64,000 nucleotides of DNA from Tagaea sp. (GTDB lineage: Bacteria; Pseudomonadota; Alphaproteobacteria; CACIAM-22H2), in assembly GCA_965279525.1 (NCBI GenBank), contig CBDIIB010000005.1, positions 800,001-864,000 of the forward strand, given 5' to 3'. Positions 58,476 to 64,000 of the stretch are shown one piece after another; within the stretch, counting starts at the first letter, position 1, and each line of letters opens with the position of its first letter. The notes under the pieces were generated by a model that worked only from the letters and a program-made list of their open reading frames with translations, did no database searches and was not told the DNA's origin. Made by a program: the position numbers and the translations under genes.

Positions 58476-59477
58476 TCACCTGTTTTGCAAGAACGGAGTG
58501 GGCGCCGCCGGCGCCCCGTGATTTCCCGCCGACACGCGCGCCGCGTCGAGAACGGCAGCGACGTGCGCTGCTGCATGCCCGCTGCAGCCTTCAAGTGCTG
58601 CACCGGACGCGAGAAACCGCGTCGCCGCCGCATAGAGTTCAAGAAAGCCCTGCACGGGTCCTTCGTCGGCCAGAGCCGGGACATCGCCCAGATGCCGATA
58701 GTCTTTGTAGAACCGTCCGTCGATCGGCGTTCGCCAAGCGATCGCCGCGCCGCCAGCGCGCCATTCCAGAATGCCGTCGGCGGCCACGATGTCCATTTCG
58801 AGCTGGTCGTACCCAAGCCCGTCGAGACCGACAAAGAAGACATCGAACCCCGCTTCCATCCGGCAAAGGAAGGGCAGTGTCCAGTCGGCCGCTCCGAACG
58901 CACGCGACGGTCCCAAGGCCTGCACCGAGACGATCTGGCCGTACCAGTCTACCAACAGGTCGACGGCGTGGCTTGCGTAGTTGAGAAGCCCTTTGCCATA
59001 ACGGCAAGTCGCCGCCAGCGGCCGTTGCGGCCGGCGCGTGCGCCATGCGCGATGGCGCACATCGAAGCGCCGGTTGTAGTTCACACGCAACGGAACGCCT
59101 ACCGCGTCGGCAAGGTGTGCAATCCGCGCTGCCGATGCAGCGTCGTCGGCGATCGGCTTCTCCAGCACAAGCAGCCCCGGGCGGCGCGCAAGAAGTGCGG
59201 ACACCATCGGTTCGCGGCCCGCACTCGGTGTCGCGAGCGTCACGATGGCGCCAGGCTCGAACGACATATCCTGCCAGTCCGCCACAAGCACACGAGCGAG
59301 ATCCGGATGGCGTGCCGCGACGCGGTCGCGGGCAGCCGCATCGGGATCAGCAAGCCCCGCAATCCGGATGCCGCCCGCGCGCAACAATGCGGCGAGATGG
59401 CTGAGCGGAGCATCGCCCGCCAGATCGCTGTTGCCCGCTCCGATCCGTCCCAGCCCGATGAGGTAGGCCGGGATCAT
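58476..59477 (-). CDS. Gfo/Idh/MocA oxidoreductase
   Basis: IGLGRIG, LEKP, VNYNRRF, HAVDL. Confidence 0.87.
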   Translation of the reverse strand: MIPAYLIGLGRIGAGNSDLAGDAPLSHLAALLRAGGIRIAGLADPDAAARDRVAARHPDLARVLVADWQDMSFEPGAIVTLATPSAGREPMVSALLARRPGLLVLEKPIADDAASAARIAHLADAVGVPLRVNYNRRFDVRHRAWRTRRPQRPLAATCRYGKGLLNYASHAVDLLVDWYGQIVSVQALGPSRAFGAADWTLPFLCRMEAGFDVFFVGLDGLGYDQLEMDIVAADGILEWRAGGAAIAWRTPIDGRFYKDYRHLGDVPALADEGPVQGFLELYAAATRFLASGAALEGCSGHAAAHVAAVLDAARVSAGNHGAPAAPTPFLQNR

Positions 59478-60022
59478 CTCGTGGCGTCGTATTCGTCCCG
59501 CAGCACACTCATGACCGCCATGTCGTAGTAGCGGCCATTGCGGTAGATGAACTGGCGACGCATGCCTTCATGCACGAATCCGGCCTTCTCGTAGCAGCGG
59601 ACGGCGCGTTTGTTGTCCGCATTGACGCCGAGCTGAACCGAATTGAGATTGAGCTTCGCGAACGCGTAGTCGAGGCAAAGCCCGGTCGCCTCCGCGCCGT
59701 AGCCCTTGCCCCACGCGGCGGGCTCGCCGATCAGGATATTGAACTGCGCGCGCCGGCACGCCCACTGCACGAGATAGAGTCCGCACGTGCCGACTAGATG
59801 TCCGTCGGCGAGACTGTCCATCGCAAAGACGATCGCGTCCTCGCTTTCGTTGGCCAGCCGCAAGAACGCCTCGCGCTCGCCGCGCCGCGCCGGACGCAGG
59901 CCCATTTCGAGATACTCGGTCACGGCTGCGTCGTCGAGCCAGCGCGAATACGCCTCCGCGTCCGAATCGGCCACCGCGCGCAAGCCCAGGCGCGCTCCGC
60001 GGATGAAATAGCTCGGCGCCAT
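59474..60022 (-). CDS. RimJ/RimL-type GNAT acetyltransferase (PseH-like)
   Basis: WGKGYG, NKRAVRCYEKAGF; TGATG coupling. Confidence 0.85.
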   Translation of the reverse strand: MAPSYFIRGARLGLRAVADSDAEAYSRWLDDAAVTEYLEMGLRPARRGEREAFLRLANESEDAIVFAMDSLADGHLVGTCGLYLVQWACRRAQFNILIGEPAAWGKGYGAEATGLCLDYAFAKLNLNSVQLGVNADNKRAVRCYEKAGFVHEGMRRQFIYRNGRYYDMAVMSVLRDEYDATR

Positions 60023-60783
60023 CAGATCGGCCTCACGTTGATGCCGGCCGTCTGCATGAATGCCTTGGCCTTGATCGGTTTGTTGTCGCTGAAAGCGAAC
60101 AGACTCGAGCATGCGACCGACGAGGCGCGCCCCAGCGCGATCGCGTCGACAAGGTCCTGCAGCAGGCCGCATCCGCCCGCGGCAATCACGGGAATGCCGA
60201 CTGAATTGGCGACTTGGCGGATCAGCTCGAGATCATAGCCCTCCATCGTTCCGTCGCGATCGATGGAATTGATCAGGATCTCGCCGGCCCCCAGTCGCTC
60301 CATCTCGCGCGCATAGGATACAGGATCGCGCCCCGTCGGCGTGAACCCGCCGTCGACGAAGACTTCGCAATCGCCATTCGGCATGCGCCTGGCGTCGATC
60401 GACACGACGATGCACTGGGTGCCAAACGATTCGGCAGCTTTGACAAGAAATGCGGGATCCCGGAACGCCGCCGTGTTGAGCGCCACCTTATCGGCGCCGA
60501 TCTGCAGCATTCGGCGAATGTGATCGATGCTTGAAACCCCGCCGCCGATGGTGAGCGGCATGACGCATTCCTCCGCAAACTCGGAGATGGACGTCCAGTC
60601 CGGCTCGCGCTTCTCCTGGGTCGCCGTGATGTCTAGAAAAATCAGTTCGTCGACGTCCTGGCTGTCGAACACCTTGCCCATCGTCATCGGATGCCCGATG
60701 TCGCGATATTCGTCGAACCGGATCGTCTTGATGATCCGCCTATTCTTGAGGGTGAGAACCGGGATGAGGCGCGCGTAGGACAT
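60022..60783 (-). CDS. hisF: HisF-like cyclase paralogue (WbuZ-type)
   Basis: RLIPVL, DELIFLDI, PLTIGGG, GADKV, SIDRDGTMEGYD. Confidence 0.88.
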   Translation of the reverse strand: MSYARLIPVLTLKNRRIIKTIRFDEYRDIGHPMTMGKVFDSQDVDELIFLDITATQEKREPDWTSISEFAEECVMPLTIGGGVSSIDHIRRMLQIGADKVALNTAAFRDPAFLVKAAESFGTQCIVVSIDARRMPNGDCEVFVDGGFTPTGRDPVSYAREMERLGAGEILINSIDRDGTMEGYDLELIRQVANSVGIPVIAAGGCGLLQDLVDAIALGRASSVACSSLFAFSDNKPIKAKAFMQTAGINVRPI

Positions 60784-61427
60784 CAGACAAGCCCACTGTT
60801 GACGAAATTTAGAAGCATAAGAAAGCCGTTGGCCTGGCTCTTCTCGGGATGGAACTGCGCACCGTAGATATTGTCGCGACGTACCATCGCGCAGAAATCG
60901 TGACCGTAGTTGGCCGTCGCCACGACGATTTCAGGATCGTGGGCAACCATGTAGTAGCTGTGCACAAAGTAGTAGGTCGAACCGTCGTCCACGCGGTCGG
61001 TCAACGCGCAGTCGTTACGCACTATCTTGACCCGGTTCCAGCCGACATGCGGCACACGGATTCCTTTGCTGCGGTCGAAAACCTGCATGGACGCCTTGAT
61101 CCAACCCAATCCCTTAGTCGGCCGGACCTCGTCGCTCGATTCCGCGAGAAGACCCATCCCGAGGCAAATGCCCAGAAACGGCTTGCGTTTGCCCAGCACC
61201 TGCTCCTCGAGCACGCCGATGAGGCCCGCAGCTTGCAGATTCTGCATCGCGTCCGGAAAGGCGCCCACACCCGGCAGGATGATCCGGTCGGCGGCACGGA
61301 TCTGTGCCGGATCCGACGTAACTACGGCGTCGGCGCCGGTCCGCGAAACGATCTTCGCGACGGAGCGCAGATTGCCCATGCCGTAGTCGACGATCGCGAC
61401 GGTGGTGGACGGAACGGCTTGCGCCAT
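60783..61427 (-). CDS. hisH: HisH-like glutaminase (WbuY-type)
   Basis: DYGMGNL, LPGVG, GICLGM, FVHSY, QFHPEKS. Confidence 0.9.
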   Translation of the reverse strand: MAQAVPSTTVAIVDYGMGNLRSVAKIVSRTGADAVVTSDPAQIRAADRIILPGVGAFPDAMQNLQAAGLIGVLEEQVLGKRKPFLGICLGMGLLAESSDEVRPTKGLGWIKASMQVFDRSKGIRVPHVGWNRVKIVRNDCALTDRVDDGSTYYFVHSYYMVAHDPEIVVATANYGHDFCAMVRRDNIYGAQFHPEKSQANGFLMLLNFVNSGLV

Positions 61428-61434
61428 CTTCTCT

Positions 61435-62718
61435 CTACTCCTTCTTCGACGAAGCCGAGGCACCAGTATCGGCCAGCGCTGCATCGGGATCGATGTCCCA
61501 GAGCAGACGCTCCGCCCACGACGCATGGTCGGGGACGCCCTTCTGCGCGTGCCGCGTCGTGCTGGGGTCGTGCACGTGGGGATAGATCTGATGCGAAGCC
61601 GCGATCGCGTTGAACTCGTTCTCGTCGATTCCGAGATAGGGCAGCAGGATGTCGAGGCTGGCCGGGCGCTGCGCATCGTAGTGGATCATCGCCTCGGCTT
61701 CGTCACGGGTCATTTCGCCGCGGCGCACATCGAGATTGGCGCGCTGCACGGTCCGCGAATAGCCGCGCTTCATGTAGCGCAGATAATCGCGGGTACCCTG
61801 CAGGAAGCATTCGACTTTCTCGTAATGGTACTTGGGATGGAGATTTTCGACTTCCGCTTCTTCCCATCCCAGTTCGCGCTTGATGATCTCGACTTGGGGG
61901 CCTGCGTTCCATTTCGTGTAGTCGCCGAGATGGATCGATTCGACACCGAGGTCGCGCATCTTCTCCCACGGCGGCAGCCGAAATGGTTCGAGGTCGCGCA
62001 GATTGACGTCAACAAATCCCGCCATGTCCTCGGCGTTGATGCCGAGATTGATCTGGCGATTGAACCAGCGCTCGTCGGGAGGGGTTTTTGTCTTGTAGTT
62101 GTAGTACCCGCCGCTGTACTCGCTGCCGGGCTCGCCCCAGATGATCAGGGGCACCTGGTACTGCAGCGCCGCCTTGAAGGGCGTCGCGACCACGCCGGTG
62201 TGGCAGAACCAGCAGAAATCGCCGCGCCGCTTCAGGCTTTCCAGCATCGTCTTCTTGATCGCATTCTGGCCCGCGCGATAGGTCATGTGATCGCAGCCGA
62301 GCCGACGCACGATGTTTTCGATGTTCTGCAGATGCAGTGGGCGGCGGAAATTCGAATCGAAAGTGACAAGCAGGATTTTGAGCTTGAGTTTCACGACGCA
62401 GACATACGCCGTCCAGGCACTGTCTTTGCCGCCGCTGAACGGCACGATCGCATCGTAAAGATACTTGCCGCGATGGCGGGCGAGGATTTCCTCGAGTTCG
62501 GCCTCTCGCGCGGCCCAGTCGATCTCTTCGTCGCGGGCGCCCGCGACTTGGCAAAGATTGCAAACGCCGTGCGCATCGAACGTGATGGTCTGTTCGGTTT
62601 CCGGCATTAGGCATTTGGTGCAGCGGCGCAGGGGGCCGGAACGGCCACCGCGGGCCGCGGAGCGTTTTGCGACGGCATCCATAGGCTCGAATGCGATGGG
62701 TGACGTACGACGGGTCAC
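61435..62718 (-). CDS. wbuX: N-acetyl sugar amidotransferase (WbuX/PseA/PtmG-like)
   Basis: CTKCLMP...CNLC, PP-loop FSGGKDS, IWGE, RRGEMTRDEA. Confidence 0.85.
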   Translation of the reverse strand: MTRRTSPIAFEPMDAVAKRSAARGGRSGPLRRCTKCLMPETEQTITFDAHGVCNLCQVAGARDEEIDWAAREAELEEILARHRGKYLYDAIVPFSGGKDSAWTAYVCVVKLKLKILLVTFDSNFRRPLHLQNIENIVRRLGCDHMTYRAGQNAIKKTMLESLKRRGDFCWFCHTGVVATPFKAALQYQVPLIIWGEPGSEYSGGYYNYKTKTPPDERWFNRQINLGINAEDMAGFVDVNLRDLEPFRLPPWEKMRDLGVESIHLGDYTKWNAGPQVEIIKRELGWEEAEVENLHPKYHYEKVECFLQGTRDYLRYMKRGYSRTVQRANLDVRRGEMTRDEAEAMIHYDAQRPASLDILLPYLGIDENEFNAIAASHQIYPHVHDPSTTRHAQKGVPDHASWAERLLWDIDPDAALADTGASASSKKE

Positions 62719-62737
62719 GTGGATATCCCTTCGGCGT

Positions 62738-63562
62738 TCAGAGGTTGACGGTGCGGACCTGGCCGGCATCGTCGATGAACGACAGATGCCCGGCCTTCTT
62801 TGCGGTGCGCGACCAGTATTCCGCTTCAACGTGCAGATTGTGCCCGACAAGGTCGGGATTGGCATTCAGATACGCGACGACTTCGGCGTGGGATGCCGGG
62901 CGGCCGGGCTTTTCGAGCGCTTCGAAAATTTTCGCGAAGACCTCGAAGTCAGCCGGGTAGTCGAGCGTGAGTCGGGCCGTGTTCTGGATGTGCTGGGGGC
63001 CAAGCGGACCGATCGTGACGTGGTTGCAAAGGCCCGACTTCGTGAAGAAATAGATGAAGCCCGTGTCGTTCTGCTCGGTGCGGTACTGTGCAAAGACCTT
63101 GTCCATCGCGCGCCGCGTGAAGCTCTTGACGGCAGTTCCGAGCGGCAGGCCATCGCACGTCACGATGTCGATCGCAGGATCCGACAGCAGGCGATCCATG
63201 CTGGCGTCCATATATTCGGTCGCACTTAGCGGATCGTCGCCGTCAACCTGGACGACCGCTTCGAAACCGTGCGCCACCATCGCGTCGCGAAAGCGGCGGA
63301 TAATGTCGTCACGCGAGCCGCGGAAGACGCGCGCGCCATACGCCTCCACGGCCGTCGCAAGGCCGTCGTCGCCAGGATCTTCCGTCGTGCAAACGACCGT
63401 GCGCTCCGGCGCCAGATAGCGGCACGCGAAGACGCGGTCGAGAAGATAGTGGACGATCGGCTTCCCCCTGACCTGCATCAGCGCCTTGCCGGGAAGACGC
63501 TCGGAAGACATGCGGATCGGAATGAGTGCCCCCAGACGGGGCGCGTTCGCGGTTCCGGTCAT
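62738..63562 (-). CDS. SpsF-type cytidylyltransferase
   Basis: IRMSSERLPGKAL, RGSRDD, DGDDPL, RLTLDYPADF. Confidence 0.85.
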   Translation of the reverse strand: MTGTANAPRLGALIPIRMSSERLPGKALMQVRGKPIVHYLLDRVFACRYLAPERTVVCTTEDPGDDGLATAVEAYGARVFRGSRDDIIRRFRDAMVAHGFEAVVQVDGDDPLSATEYMDASMDRLLSDPAIDIVTCDGLPLGTAVKSFTRRAMDKVFAQYRTEQNDTGFIYFFTKSGLCNHVTIGPLGPQHIQNTARLTLDYPADFEVFAKIFEALEKPGRPASHAEVVAYLNANPDLVGHNLHVEAEYWSRTAKKAGHLSFIDDAGQVRTVNL

Positions 63563-64000
63563 GCGAAATACGCGATCGCTTTGCGCAGTGCTTCGACCTG
63601 CACCGAGGCCTCCTCTTTGCTGCCATAGTTGTTCACGAACTGCATGATCTTGGGCTGAATCGCCTCGGCATTCGGGCAAAGACCTTTCGCCGGGTACTCG
63701 ATCGGCCCGTAGAGCGGCGGACAGCGCCGCTTCCACTCGCCGGAAGCGAACAACGTCTCGTGATACAGCAGCGACCACGCCGCGTAGATGCCGTCGCCGC
63801 CGAAGTCGATATGCTTGAAACGGAAGTCCTGCCACGACACGTCGGTGCGCTCGTAGCGCATGGCAACCGTCCAAAACGAGCTGCCGTAGCCGTCGGGGAC
63901 TTTCTGAGGCACGAGATAGTCGCAGTCGCGCACCGCGTCGAGATACATCTGCGAGATGCTGTTGCGCAAGGCGATGAAGTGCTCCAGGCGCTCGGTCTGG
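63559..64000 (-). CDS. DegT-family aminotransferase, C-terminal part (5' end beyond window)
   Basis: ERLEHFIALR, SSFWT, CPNAE. Confidence 0.7.
   Translation of the reverse strand, partial: QTERLEHFIALRNSISQMYLDAVRDCDYLVPQKVPDGYGSSFWTVAMRYERTDVSWQDFRFKHIDFGGDGIYAAWSLLYHETLFASGEWKRRCPPLYGPIEYPAKGLCPNAEAIQPKIMQFVNNYGSKEEASVQVEALRKAIAYFA

Noticed and set aside
60022-61427. Histidine biosynthesis operon
   Set aside because: No other his genes; linkage to wbuX indicates glycan-dedicated paralogues.

Overview
GC-rich alphaproteobacterial (Rhodospirillales-like) chromosome segment dominated by a very large surface-glycan locus. 1-639: 3' part of htpX. 640-4880: lower-GC islet of four unassigned genes; two look like degenerate GSU2403-type nucleotidyltransferase-fold and RarA/MgsA C-terminal-like proteins, preceded by twin palindromic operator-like sites. 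4.9-14.7 kb: glycan-tailoring genes, including a 6.5-kb methyltransferase/GT2/asnB/ArnT-like cassette bracketed by a 43-bp duplication of a gene's 3' end, and a radical SAM-GT2 pair. 14.8-23.4 kb: rsmB, rfbG, galE, a heparinase II/III-like gene, rpe, and a convergent lptD/lptE pair outside their usual operons. Four frameshifts cluster here and are probably assembly errors. 23.4-64 kb: mostly minus-strand, translationally coupled genes for nonulosonic (legionaminic-like) acid synthesis and tailoring: 2 NeuB, NeuC, NeuD, 3 cytidylyltransferases, 3 DegT aminotransferases, a WbuX-HisH-HisF module, and a PIG-L deacetylase plus formyltransferase. Also present are UDP-sulfoquinovose synthase, a B12 radical SAM enzyme, two PhyH-type dioxygenases, many methyltransferases and glycosyltransferases, and an ABC exporter. 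No rRNA, tRNA, CRISPR array, integrase or transposase was seen. All calls come from motif recognition by eye; no database searches were run.
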